64,000 nucleotides of DNA from Microcoleus sp. GTDB lineage: Bacteria > Cyanobacteriota > Cyanobacteriia > Cyanobacteriales > Microcoleaceae. Below are positions 20,995 through 31,335 of the stretch, piece by piece. Where the stretch lies: positions 649,039 through 713,038 of the forward strand of contig JAYFMW010000020.1 of assembly GCA_042408215.1 (NCBI GenBank), written 5' to 3'. The notes beneath the pieces were generated by a model. It searched no databases. It was not told the DNA's origin and saw nothing but the letters and a program-made list of their open reading frames with translations. Position 1 is the stretch's first letter; every line of letters begins with the position of its first letter. Made by a program: the position numbers and the translations under genes.

Positions 20995-22627
20995 TTACGC
21001 GACACTTACCCGGCTATTACCGGACAAAGTAACGATAGCACTATCGCCGACATAGGAAATAGAGGCGGTATCCCGCAAAGCTTTCAGTAAAATACCAAAA
21101 GCGCCATTATAATCCCGTGGGATTGAGTAGCCACAGTCAGGGCAAGTAAACACTTTAGAACCACCTAACTTTTGATGCACATGACCACAATGGGTACAAG
21201 TTTTAGACGTGTATTCTTCAGTGACATCAATCACGCTGGCGTTTCTGATACTTGCCTGATGTTTGATGGTTTGCTTGAATCTGTAATGGGCCCAAGTCAA
21301 CATCGCTCTAGCAGTTTTTGAACGAATCTTTCTTCGTGCTTTGGCTACCATTTGGGACGACTCATGCATTAGGAAGAAATATGACCCGATAGTTGCTAGT
21401 TAAATAGCAAGCGGTTTGTTTTTGGCATTCGTCTACTAAATTACGAATGCGTATTCTCATGCGATGAGCTGCTTGTCTCATGCGTTTTCTGCGCTGTTTC
21501 GTGGCTTGAGATATTCGGCTCATTAAGTTATCTAAGTGTTGACACAGACGAGCGATTCGTCCCATGTCACCACCTCCAAACTCAATGAATTTATTGCCAT
21601 CAAATCCGGTCATAAATGTTCTTACGCCCGGATCTAATGCAATAATTCCAGTTGCATCGGTAGGGTGAACAGTAACTGGTACAGGAAACACCGCAAACCA
21701 ACGACCCTTGCAGTACAACAATGTCGTACCTTGATTACACTCAGGAATCACCTCAGAAGCTTTGAAGGTTAATCCTTTTGTCAAGGAAGAATACCAAGTA
21801 CCTTTGCTGAAATTTGCATCGTTAAACTTGATGGCTTGAGAGTAATCTCTGATACTACGAAACTTGGCGTCTGAACTTGCCTTGAAAGCTCTGTGAGCAT
21901 CAAACACAGCATTTTGCCTGATATGACAAGGCGTTTCTTTTACCCATTCAGGTAAATCACTTCGCATAACTTCGTTACGCAACTGCAACTTACTTAAGTG
22001 CTTTTTTCGCTGCATTGCTATTGCTTGATTGAAACAATAACGACAGGCGGCCAGCCATTTTCGCCAGACTTTATTTAATTCTTGACTGGGGTATATCCTG
22101 ATCTTCAGAGATTTGAGATTTATACTTTCTGAGTCCATAGAGTCTACTACTAAAGCAGTGGAGGATTGCAAGGATGTCTTCAACCATTTCTTGTTCTGGA
22201 CTAAGGTTTGTTTCGTTGAGTACCACGAGTTCACACCGGTTTTGCTCACAGAGCCATTTGAACAAGTCAAAGCCGAATCTTGCCAATCGGTCTTTGTGAG
22301 CAACGACAACCATTCGGACATCTCCTTTAAAGATTCGTTCCAATAGGGCAAGAAGCTTTTTCCGTTTGAAATTAAGTCCTCCTCCAACTTCGCTACAGAT
22401 TTCGGCTTCCGGGTAGAGACTACTAAGGTGAGCGACTTGCCTGTTAAGGTCGGGTTGCTGTGCGCGACTACTGACTCTGGCGTAGACAACAGCAATTCGG
22501 TGGTCGGTTCTAGTGGCTCCGGCGGCAAACCTGTCAACGTTATACCTTCAGAGTCCTGACGGTGTTCTGATCGCTTGGATTTTTCCTGCTTCTTCCCAAC
22601 GTCGGAGAGTTCTTTCGTTGACTCCAA
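20995..22627 (-). pseudogene. tnpB: TnpB (IS607-type, rearranged RuvC), frameshifted near 21365
   Basis: KIRIYP, ALDPGVRTF, IFLP, VTEEYTSKTCTHCG, CPDCG..RDYNGA; split into ORFs 21362-22627 and 20995-21369. Confidence 0.88.
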
Positions 22628-22667
22628 GGATGGACGACGCTAATGAGGGTGGGACGTACCTGACAAT
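22071..22667 (-). pseudogene. tnpA: IS607 serine recombinase TnpA with one in-frame TGA (22548-22550)
   Basis: MerR-like HTH LGVNERTLRRWEEAGKI, catalytic YARVSS, GLNFKRKKL, HKDRLARFGF, HCFSSRLYGLRKY. Probable ATT start after GAGGA. Confidence 0.85.
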
Positions 22668-22786
22668 CGCTTTTTCCTCAACTCTTGTTCTATTATGGCA
22701 GATTGTCCGGTGATGTCCGGCGAATTTGTTATTTAGTTATGACTCTTGATTTGCGATCGATTATTCAGCAAGCCGTTCCATTAAAC

Positions 22787-24064
22787 TTACCCATAGTTAC
22801 CCAAGTCTAGACTTATCTGGACATAAGTGCTTTTGGTGTTAACTTCCTGTTTCACAGTAGCGACAGCATGACTGCTATCGGGTTTGTCTACTCCCCAGGC
22901 TGACACGGTGGAACTCACCGCCAATTCTGAACGTTCTGGAATAAATATTCCTTCAAACCAACGTTCTATATTTTTCGCAGCGTTTAGGTCGCGATTTTGA
23001 ATGTTTCCACAGTTGGGGCATTCAAAAACTCGAAGTTTTAAGGGCATTCTGTGCCGATGATTACAACAATTTGAGCAGATTTGACTACTAGGAAAGAATC
23101 TATCCACCAAGCTCAATTTAGACAAAAACTTTTCAGTTTTGTATTCTAACTGGCGGCGAAATTCATACATTCCACAATCGGCGATCGCACCAGCTAACTT
23201 GTGGTTCTTCAAAAATGCCTTAACATTCAAATCTTCAATCTTCACCTCACTGTGGTTTTTGGCGAGGTAAGTTGTCAACTTGTGAATAGCATCTTTTCGG
23301 ATATTTGATACTTTTAGGTGCAGCTTGGCTAGTTTTGAGACTGCTTTTTTGCGGTTATTAGAACCTTTGACTCGTTTGCTGACACGCCGTTGTAGACGTT
23401 TCATTTTACGGTTCATCCGACCATAGGCTTTAGGGTTGGCAAAGACTTCGCCGTTAGAACAAACAGCTAATTCTTTGATACCGATATCAACTCCAACGGT
23501 AGGACGGCTAGGTAGAGTTGCGGGCTGCTCAATCTCGCACTTAAAAGCAATAAACCATCTGTCAGCTTTTCGACTGATTACGCAGTTGTGGAACGCCGTA
23601 ATAGGTAATGGTTCGTGCAGCCTAACCCAACCAATCTTAGGTAACTTGATGCGCTTGCCGTCGTTATTAATTCCTGGCTTTGCTTTGGTTCCTTGCTCTA
23701 AATAAAAAGAGTCACCTGATACACCTTTTTTCTTGAACCTAGGTTGTTTAGATACCTTTTTGAAACATCTATCCCAAGCTGTCCTCAGTTCAGCTAGACT
23801 CTGCTGTGGGCTAGCCTTGGAAGACTCATAATACCAGGGATACAGAGGTTTGACTTCCGCTACTAAACGTTTGTGTAAATCAATGGCAGAAGGGAGCTTT
23901 ACGCTTTGCTCCGTATCCCTGATTTTTAATGTTTCAAGGATGATTGAATTGGCCCAGTTGTAAGCGTGTCTTGCTACTGGGCAATGCTGTCGAAATCTAG
24001 TTACCTGTTTGTTGTTGGGTTTTAATTCCGTTTTGAAACTAAGTAACATTTGCTTTTGCCTCAT
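22787..24064 (-). CDS. tnpB: TnpB RNA-guided nuclease, intact canonical RuvC
   Basis: FKTELKPN, GVDIGIK (D), KIEDLNV (E), CSNC/CPNC zinc finger, RDLNAA (D). Start at 24064 or 24049. Confidence 0.93.
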   Translation of the reverse strand: MRQKQMLLSFKTELKPNNKQVTRFRQHCPVARHAYNWANSIILETLKIRDTEQSVKLPSAIDLHKRLVAEVKPLYPWYYESSKASPQQSLAELRTAWDRCFKKVSKQPRFKKKGVSGDSFYLEQGTKAKPGINNDGKRIKLPKIGWVRLHEPLPITAFHNCVISRKADRWFIAFKCEIEQPATLPSRPTVGVDIGIKELAVCSNGEVFANPKAYGRMNRKMKRLQRRVSKRVKGSNNRKKAVSKLAKLHLKVSNIRKDAIHKLTTYLAKNHSEVKIEDLNVKAFLKNHKLAGAIADCGMYEFRRQLEYKTEKFLSKLSLVDRFFPSSQICSNCCNHRHRMPLKLRVFECPNCGNIQNRDLNAAKNIERWFEGIFIPERSELAVSSTVSAWGVDKPDSSHAVATVKQEVNTKSTYVQISLDLGNYG

Positions 24065-24110
24065 TCCTGCCTTACTCTTATTATATACGGAATTAATACA
24101 AAACAGCAAA

Positions 24111-24281
24111 ATGCCTAGAAAAAAGATTTACAGCGAGCCTAAACGTAAAGTCAACCTCAGCCTGACCGAGACTGCTACTAAGTGGCTAGAGGAAAAACGA
24201 GTTCAGCTTACCGCAAGCAGTCTTAGTGACGTGATCGAGAGACTTGCTAGAGAGCTACCCAACAATTCCATCAATGGGTAA
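24111..24281 (+). CDS. Small ribbon-helix-helix/CopG-like protein
   Basis: MPRKKIYSEPKRKVNLSLTETATKWLEEK...SLSDVIERLAR: beta-strand plus two helices pattern; divergent from tnpB. Confidence 0.6.
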   Translation: MPRKKIYSEPKRKVNLSLTETATKWLEEKRVQLTASSLSDVIERLARELPNNSING

Positions 24282-24514
24282 CTTTGTCCAAGAATCACGT
24301 TACAGCTTTAAACCCTATTTAGAGGAAGGTAATTCCGGTTCAGCCCCTCCTACCCCCTCCACCGATCGCGCAGCGCGTTTCAAACCAAGCGGACCGCCAC
24401 TCTTGGCACGGCCCCTACGGATCATAAAACCGCCCAGCCTCTCCCCCTCTTCAGCCATAAACAGATTTTTAACTCGGATTCGGTATTAGTAGCAATTTAT
24501 TTGTGTTTTTTTCC

Positions 24515-24609
24515 TAGGACTTACGTAGTCTCGACGCTTTGACGCTTGGTTTGAGATTCGTCGTAACACTTGCGAAGGACATAACCACGTAGCTCTTACG
24601 TAAGTCCTG
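24515..24609. repeat. Small inverted-repeat element AGGACTTACG...CGTAAGTCCT
   Basis: Terminal 10-bp inverted repeat; half-sites recur at ~26653 and ~28446. Confidence 0.65.
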
Positions 24610-24932
24610 TTCAGTGGAAATACTGGCTAATATCTTAAGACATTATGCTTCCTTAGAAGAGATACACACAATCTTTATAAAAGTGGGTAGTTTTATAAAG
24701 TTTGTGTAACGTTGAGCATTTCACTTGACGGAGATTAAAATTATTTGCCAAGTTGTAACGAGTTATATCAAATTCCGGTTTGTTAGCCCCTTTATCCAAG
24801 AGGCGATGGAAATCGCTTCTTGTCAAACAAAGTCCGCCTCCGGGAACTAAGCAATAAAGGGGGTATTGAAGGCGGATTTTGGATCGTAGTCCGATCGATC
24901 GAGCTCAAGTTCATGTGTTTTGGGGATTTCAC

Positions 24933-26645
24933 ATGGTAGCGCAAAATTTTAGCAATCAAAATTTGGTCGGCAATAACTTTAGTGGGCAAAACCTCAATGG
25001 TTCCACATTCTTCAAAGCCAGACTGGAAAACGTCTTGTTCAGACGCAACGCTCAAGGTACCCGCACTCAACTCAGAGGTACCAACTTTGAAGAGGCATTT
25101 CTGCTGAATGTAGATGCAACGGATGCCATTTTTGCTGCCAATGCCAGCTTTGGACCAGCAAATTTTTATAAAGCGAACTTAGAGAACGTCAATTTCAGTG
25201 GCGCAAACCTAACTGGGGCAAATCTCTCGCTGATCGGCACAAAATTCATCGACCTGTCCAACGCCAACCTGACCAATGCCATTCTGCATGAGGCCAATCT
25301 CAGCGGCGAACAGTCGGACCGACCGAACCTGGCGGGAGCCAACTTTACGGGTGCTGATTTCAACAAGGCGAAGCTGAAAGCGGCTGACTTTACCGGTGCC
25401 AATTTGACCAATGGCAAATTCCAGGGTGCTGACCTGGAAGGAACCTTGTTGATCGATGCGAACTTTACCGGCGCTCAATTCGACATATCGACTAATTTCA
25501 CAGACATTATCCTCAGCAACGCCATCTTTGACCTTGCCGACCTGAGTGGGGTGAATCTGACGGATACCAACCCACCCGATGGATTGACACTGACAACTTC
25601 TCGCTTTCGCGGAGCCAATTTGACTGGCTTTAGTGCCGAAGATGTCAATCTGGCTGGTGCTGACTTCAGCCCCCATGCAAATGGTACGCGCACTCAAATG
25701 GGCGGTGCTAGTTTCGCAGATTCTGAGTTGAACAACGCCAACCTGACTCAGGTGATTGCAGAAGGCATATTCCTGGACGGTGCTGATTTGAGCAATGCAA
25801 TCATGGTTGGTGCTGATCTCAGCAATGCCAACCTGGGTGGAGCAATTCTCGTTGGCGCTAACCTGACGGGTGGAGTCCAGTTAGACAACGCTTTTATTGA
25901 GAAGAGTAATCTGGCGGGAGCCAACTTTACAGGGGCAAACCTGACAGGCGCTAACCTGAAGGAAGCGGCTGGAGATCACCTAACCAACTTTAGGAATGCC
26001 AATCTGACAGGTGCCAACCTAGAGGTGGGGAGTTTCAGCGGTACCAACTTCACCAATGCCAACTTCACCAATGCCAACCTGGGCAAAGCCAATTTCACCG
26101 ATGCCGTTATGGTCGGGGCGAACATGACGGGGGTAACCGCCGTTGATGTGGTGGGTCTGACGATCGGGACTAGCGGCAACGATACCCTTACAGGAACCTC
26201 CACCAAAGATAATATCTTCGGGCTTGACGGCAATGACTCCCTCAACGGCGGTGACGGGGATGATTACCTGGATGGCGGTAGCGGTGCTGATATCCTGACC
26301 GGTGGGCCGGGCAATGATGCGTTGTTTGGTGCTGCGGGAAATGACACCGTGACGGGTGGGGGTGGCAGAGATACCATTCACTACCGCAGTGGTCATGGTT
26401 CCGATCAGGTCAATGGTTTCACCCTCGGAGCCAGCGGAGACATCCTATCCTTCAGTGGCATTGCAGCGATCGATGTGGTGCCATCTGGCGTGAACACTCA
26501 ATTGCGATTGGGCAATGGCATTGCTGGCGATACCGGTTTTGGCACAGGCGCACTGTTGATCGCCCTGGCAAACACTTCCTTTACGGCGGCTCATGTCAGC
26601 ACCAATGTCAACTCGACCAATAGTCCGATATTCCAGTTCTCGTAA
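24933..26645 (+). CDS. Pentapeptide-repeat protein with C-terminal RTX/hemolysin-type Ca-binding repeats
   Basis: Long A(N/D)(L/F)xx repeats followed by GGxGxD nonapeptides. Confidence 0.88.
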   Translation: MVAQNFSNQNLVGNNFSGQNLNGSTFFKARLENVLFRRNAQGTRTQLRGTNFEEAFLLNVDATDAIFAANASFGPANFYKANLENVNFSGANLTGANLSLIGTKFIDLSNANLTNAILHEANLSGEQSDRPNLAGANFTGADFNKAKLKAADFTGANLTNGKFQGADLEGTLLIDANFTGAQFDISTNFTDIILSNAIFDLADLSGVNLTDTNPPDGLTLTTSRFRGANLTGFSAEDVNLAGADFSPHANGTRTQMGGASFADSELNNANLTQVIAEGIFLDGADLSNAIMVGADLSNANLGGAILVGANLTGGVQLDNAFIEKSNLAGANFTGANLTGANLKEAAGDHLTNFRNANLTGANLEVGSFSGTNFTNANFTNANLGKANFTDAVMVGANMTGVTAVDVVGLTIGTSGNDTLTGTSTKDNIFGLDGNDSLNGGDGDDYLDGGSGADILTGGPGNDALFGAAGNDTVTGGGGRDTIHYRSGHGSDQVNGFTLGASGDILSFSGIAAIDVVPSGVNTQLRLGNGIAGDTGFGTGALLIALANTSFTAAHVSTNVNSTNSPIFQFS

Positions 26646-26861
26646 CCTCAATAGGACTTACGCGCTAACTCTACTTGTAGGATGCGCCCTGCAACCCCAG
26701 CCCTGTAACCCCTGTCAAGGTGCGTTCGGAGTCTGTGTAATGGCTGCTCACGGTTAATTTTTTTCCATCAACCATGCCCGCCCCTTCAACGTCGAAAGGG
26801 GCGGGGAATGATAAGGATTGGCAGTGGCAACGAAGCACCGAATTTTAGGATGCACTAATCA

Positions 26862-26997
26862 TACCAGTTCTCCCAAATCATGCAACAGTAGCAACACTAG
26901 GTTGATTGATGAGTTAACATACTCACCTTAATTTTAGGGGGGTGAGTATGTCAAAAACCAACTAGGTAAATTGTAGCATTCTTTTGGGAACTGGTAG
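26862..26997. repeat. ~135-bp imperfect inverted repeat (MITE-like)
   Basis: TACCAGTTCTCCCAAA...ACATACTCACC loop GGTGAGTATGT...TTTGGGAACTGGTA. Confidence 0.7.
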
Positions 26998-27063
26998 CAC
27001 TTTCGGGCTATGTGGCAAGTTCACATAACATCACGAAAATTTACACAACACTAGGAGAAAATT

Positions 27064-28428
27064 ATGGCTACCAGAAATGGAACAGAACTGCCCGATACCC
27101 TTACCGGAACTAATAACGCCGACATAATTCGCGGCTTTGGCAAGGAAGATCTGCTTTATGGCTTAGGCGGTAACGACAGCATCTACGGTGGAGAGGACAA
27201 AGACACTGCATATGGTGGTGCTGGAGCCGATCGTCTCTACGGGGAAAACGGCGAAGACGATCTATATGGTGAGGATGGTAACGACTTCCTCTACGGTGGG
27301 CTGGATAAAGACAACCTGCATGGTGGAATCGGAGCCGATCGACTCTTTGGCGATTCCGGCGAAGACTTATTGTACGGCGATGCTGGCAATGACATCCTGT
27401 ACGGAGGAGCAGATGCCAATGATAGCAACGATGGCAAAGATTTCCTCGATGGTGGGGCTGGAAACGATCGACTCTATGTGGGTTTCGAGGACACAGGGTT
27501 TGGTGGTGTTGGCGATGACACCGTGATTGGCGGCTTTACCGATGACGCGATCTACGGCGATGACTCAGAAGGTTTAGTGTTTGGGGGAGCGGATTCCCTG
27601 GTTGGCGGCGACGGTAACGACACCCTCTACGGAGAAGGGAACAGCTTAGCGGGTGGCGGCAACGATACCCTCGATGGCGGCACAGGCGACGATCAGCTCT
27701 ACGGCCATGCCGGAAGTGACTACCTGTATGGTGGCGATGGTATTGACTATTTAGATGGTGGCGATGGCAATGACATCCTTGATGGTGGCGCTGGCTCTAG
27801 TACCCTGAGAGGTGGCGGTGGCTTAGAAACGATCGCGGGTGGCGCTGAAGGCGACTTCATTGATGGCGGCGAGGACAATGACAACCTCAGTGGTCTGGGT
27901 GGTAATGACACTATCTATGGCGACTACGGAGTTTCTGAATCACTTGCTGGTAATGACATCCTCAATGGTGGCGCTGGCGATGACTTCCTAGATGGCGGTG
28001 CAGGGGTCGATCGGATTATCGGTGGCGCTGGCGTTGACCTGCTGTTTGGTGGCGAAGATTCGGAAACTCAAACCGCCCGCGACACACTAACCGGCGGGGC
28101 TGACACCGACTTCTTCCAGTTGCTGTACACAGCATTTGTGCCAGAACCAATCCAACCCGGTGAGCCGATCGTTCCTGCTCCTGCTGGTGACTACATCGTT
28201 GACTTCGTGAAAGGGACTGACTTCTTGTTCCTGGAGGGGATTACCTTTGAGCAGTTAGGGTTCGAGAATATCTCACTTACAGTTGGCTCGGTTGCGACGA
28301 ACAGCACTCGGATCTACGTCCTGCCTACTGAACCCGGAGTTCCGATTTCTCAAGCGGAAACGCTAGCTGTGGTTCAAGGGGTACGTCAATTTAACGCCTC
28401 GCATTTTGTTTTTGAACCGATCATCTAA
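27064..28428 (+). CDS. RTX/hemolysin-type calcium-binding protein
   Basis: Many LxGGxGxD repeats; AGGAGA RBS. Confidence 0.9.
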   Translation: MATRNGTELPDTLTGTNNADIIRGFGKEDLLYGLGGNDSIYGGEDKDTAYGGAGADRLYGENGEDDLYGEDGNDFLYGGLDKDNLHGGIGADRLFGDSGEDLLYGDAGNDILYGGADANDSNDGKDFLDGGAGNDRLYVGFEDTGFGGVGDDTVIGGFTDDAIYGDDSEGLVFGGADSLVGGDGNDTLYGEGNSLAGGGNDTLDGGTGDDQLYGHAGSDYLYGGDGIDYLDGGDGNDILDGGAGSSTLRGGGGLETIAGGAEGDFIDGGEDNDNLSGLGGNDTIYGDYGVSESLAGNDILNGGAGDDFLDGGAGVDRIIGGAGVDLLFGGEDSETQTARDTLTGGADTDFFQLLYTAFVPEPIQPGEPIVPAPAGDYIVDFVKGTDFLFLEGITFEQLGFENISLTVGSVATNSTRIYVLPTEPGVPISQAETLAVVQGVRQFNASHFVFEPII

Positions 28429-28515
28429 TTCGAGTTCACACTAACAGGACTAACGCACCAAATTATATAGTGTGGTGCGATTCTTTTGTCTAAATTCACG
28501 CTTATTTTCCACTCA

Positions 28516-28901
28516 GATCATGTCCGGTCGTATAACCATCATAAAAATGGTTTGTAGTGAGGACTTTAGTCCTTAACAGTCAAGGACTAAAGTCCTCACT
28601 ACGAACATTCAAGATCGCGGGTAATCGATCGGAAATGATATCATATCGTTTCCGGTTGCATTGGAATTATATATTTCGATCGACGAGAGTGCGAGCGTCC
28701 TCGCTCGCTATTTAGGTCGCGAGATCTTAAGCTCGCAGGGAGCATCTCGATTTTGTAAATATATCCGCAGGGGCTCTCGCATTCGCGTTTAAAATCTCTC
28801 GTATAATCGATAGGATATGGGCGCGAATGCGAGAGCCCTAGACAAACGGGATGCTATATGAGCTCGCACTCTGATAATGCCGATGCTACCGGATTTGAGA
28901 T
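28516..28901. repeat. Two adjacent TCCGG-family MITE-like elements with nested REP pairs
   Basis: 28516-28641 encloses GTAGTGAGGACTTTAGTCCT...AGGACTAAAGTCCTCACTAC. 28643-28901 encloses GAGTGCGAGC...GCTCGCACTC and GGGCTCTCGCATTCGCG...CGCGAATGCGAGAGCCC. Confidence 0.75.
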
Positions 28902-28986
28902 CAGTTCCTTCTGAGTGAATTTGTGCTTAGTCTAAACTCCAAACCTCACTGTCAACAGTCAACGGTCAACGGTCAACAGTCAACGG

Positions 28987-29892
28987 TCAACGGTCAACTG
29001 TTAACTGTTTCAACTGCGTCCAAGCTAGTTTGGCAGCCCCTACAATGCCCGCTTGATTGCCCAATTCAGCGACCAATAACTGCAAATCTTCGCGAGAACT
29101 GGGGAGTACCCGCAGCTCAATTTCTGCTATAACCGCAGGCAAAAAAAACTCTGCACCTGCACTAATTCCGCCTCCGATAATAATAGCTTCCGGCGTTAAA
29201 ACATAAATGAGACTTGCCAAACCTATACCGAGATAACGACCGTAATTTTGCCAATATTCTACAGCTTTGGCATCTCCAGACTTAGCTAAATTCGCTAATT
29301 CTAGTGGTTCTAAACCCGTTTCGCGGCGAATTGCTTGCACTGAAACGTATTGTTCTAAAGAACCGCGATTGCCGCTATTGCACTCCGGGCCGTCGGGATT
29401 GATCGTAATTAATCCTAACTCGCCGGCGGCACCTAGATGACCTGAAAATAGTTTGCCATCTAGGATAACTGCACCGCCGACACCAGTGCCTAATGTTAGT
29501 AAAATTAGGTTTTTAAAGTGGCGGCCAGCACCTAACCAAGCTTCTCCCAATCCGGCACAGTTAGCGTCATTTGCTAATATTGTCGGCAGTCCCGTTTTGG
29601 CTTCCAACCAGTCAGCGAGGGGGACGTTTTGCCAGTTTTTGAGGTTAATTGCGACTCTGGCTATTCTGCCGGTGGCGTCTGCGGGGCCAGGGGTGCCAAT
29701 GCCGATCGCCTTTACAGCATTTTCGACTGGATTGAGTTGAGAAATTGCGTCTACCATTGCCGCTAAAACCGCTTCAGGCGTTGCCGGTTGAGGCGTTGGC
29801 ACTGTTAAGGATTGGTGACAAATGCCGTCGGCGCTGAATCTGCCGAGTTTAATTGCGGTGCCGCCTAAGTCGATGCCGATTACTTGTGTCAT
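28987..29892 (-). CDS. ROK-family sugar kinase (glucokinase-like)
   Basis: GIDLGGT, NDANCA, TLGTGVGG, GELG..CNSGNRGSLE. Confidence 0.92.
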   Translation of the reverse strand: MTQVIGIDLGGTAIKLGRFSADGICHQSLTVPTPQPATPEAVLAAMVDAISQLNPVENAVKAIGIGTPGPADATGRIARVAINLKNWQNVPLADWLEAKTGLPTILANDANCAGLGEAWLGAGRHFKNLILLTLGTGVGGAVILDGKLFSGHLGAAGELGLITINPDGPECNSGNRGSLEQYVSVQAIRRETGLEPLELANLAKSGDAKAVEYWQNYGRYLGIGLASLIYVLTPEAIIIGGGISAGAEFFLPAVIAEIELRVLPSSREDLQLLVAELGNQAGIVGAAKLAWTQLKQLTVDR

Positions 29893-30021
29893 TCGATTTT
29901 GGATTTGGGATTTTAGATTTTGGATTTTGGATTCTCACCAGAAATTTACAGCAGATTCCACGTTTATGAAATACACCCGCCTATCAATCGCTCCCCTACT
30001 ACACTCCAAGAGCCCTTCTTC

Positions 30022-30658
30022 GTGTCAACTTAACGTCAAACCCAGTCACAGAATGCTGTTTGACTATTAAGCCTAGATCCCCCCTAGCCCCCCTTACTAA
30101 GGGGGGGACAAGAACTTACTCAAAGTCCCCCTTTTTAAGGGGGATTTAGGGGGATCTAGACTTAGTGTAAAAACGAGATTTCTCAAGGCTTTTAGGCGAT
30201 TGTTGACACCAATGGGCACGGTGCCGTGCATTGGTGTCAACTTAACGTCAAACCCAGTCACAGAATGCTGTTTGACTATTAAGCCTAGATCCCCCCTAGC
30301 CCCCCTTACTAAGGGGGGGACAAGAACTTACTCAAAGTCCCCCTTTTTAAGGGGGATTTAGGGGGATCTAGACTTAGTGTAAAAACGAGATTTCTCAAGG
30401 CTTTTAGGCGATTGTTGACACCAATGGGCACGGTGCCGTGCATTGGTGTCAACTTAACGTCAAACCCAGTCACAGAATGCTGTTTGACTATTAAGCCTAG
30501 ATCCCCCCTAGCCCCCTTACTAAGGGGGGGACAAGAACTTACTCAAAGTCCCCCTTTTTAAGGGGGATTTAGGGGGATCTAGACTTAGTGTAAAAACGAG
30601 ATTTCTCAAGGCTTTTAGGCGATTGTTGACACCAATGGGCACGGTGCCGTGTCCCTAC
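30022..30658. repeat. Three tandem 212-bp copies of TGTCAACTTAA-MITE with palindromic core, joined by REP hairpins
   Basis: Units start at 30022, 30234 and 30446 and appear identical; junction GGCACGGTGCCGTG. Confidence 0.92.
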
Positions 30659-30663
30659 TACAC

Positions 30664-31161
30664 TTATTCTTCCCCAGAAAAACCCAAACCATCCCCCACA
30701 AACACCGCCTCAATCACCAGCCCATTCTCACCATCATCCTCAACAATCGGTAGCGGAAATCTTGCTAATATCTCCCGGCTAATTTCCCTCGCAACATTTC
30801 CCAATTCCCCGTCACGAATTCTACTCAATAACAACAGCCTGCGCGCCATTTCCTGAAGCGATTCGACTGCATCTGTCCCGGGGACATCCCCATGTTCGCC
30901 CTCTAGCAATCGAACCCCAAACCGATGCAGCCAAGCGGCTAATTCCGCATCTTTCAGGCGTTTTGCGATGAGAAATCCGGCGACATCTCCTCTACTCCAG
31001 CCTTGATTCACTCCTTCGAGAAGTTCCATGAATTTCGCCTCGTATTCGGCGTCTGTCATGGTTGGTGGAAGGGGCTTTTGTTGTGCTGGGGGATGGGAGG
31101 GTTGGGTTTTGAACAGTCGCTGTATTAGTTGTTTGATGAATTGCCAAATTTTGTCTAGCAT
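30664..31161 (-). CDS. Hypothetical protein
   Basis: Open 165-codon frame from ATG (MLDKIWQFIKQ); no recognisable domain. Confidence 0.65.
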   Translation of the reverse strand: MLDKIWQFIKQLIQRLFKTQPSHPPAQQKPLPPTMTDAEYEAKFMELLEGVNQGWSRGDVAGFLIAKRLKDAELAAWLHRFGVRLLEGEHGDVPGTDAVESLQEMARRLLLLSRIRDGELGNVAREISREILARFPLPIVEDDGENGLVIEAVFVGDGLGFSGEE

Positions 31162-31335
31162 TTGAGTTGGGGATTTTTTCACCGCAGATGCAGGCAGATA
31201 TACGCAGATGGACGCAGATGGATGGAGATTGTTTCACATAATTTACGCACAAAGCGGGCGGTGTTGCAAAGGTTTGAGATTCTTCGTGACCCTCAGAATG
31301 ACAGAATTACCTTGCCATGCGTAGGATTGTTTTAT

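Larger units (their letters stand above)
20986..22744 (-). mobile_element. IS607-family element (serine-recombinase tnpA + pro-Fanzor-like tnpB), degenerate; boundaries approximate
   Basis: tnpA and tnpB motifs; CCGGAC/CCGG short repeats near both ends; right end ..GCGTAAATGTATCAG. Confidence 0.82.
22773..24314 (-). mobile_element. IS607-like tnpB element lacking tnpA, with divergent small DNA-binding gene; boundaries approximate
   Basis: GGGTAACT/TGTCCA motifs at both ends in inverted orientation; GG dinucleotides at the inferred boundaries; intact tnpB. Confidence 0.65.

Noticed and set aside
20986..24314. IStron (group I intron-IS607 chimera)
   Set aside because: No room for, or recognisable core of, a group I intron at either left end; the elements are intergenic.
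30022..30658. CRISPR-like or ncRNA array
   Set aside because: Three identical MITE copies with no unique spacer.
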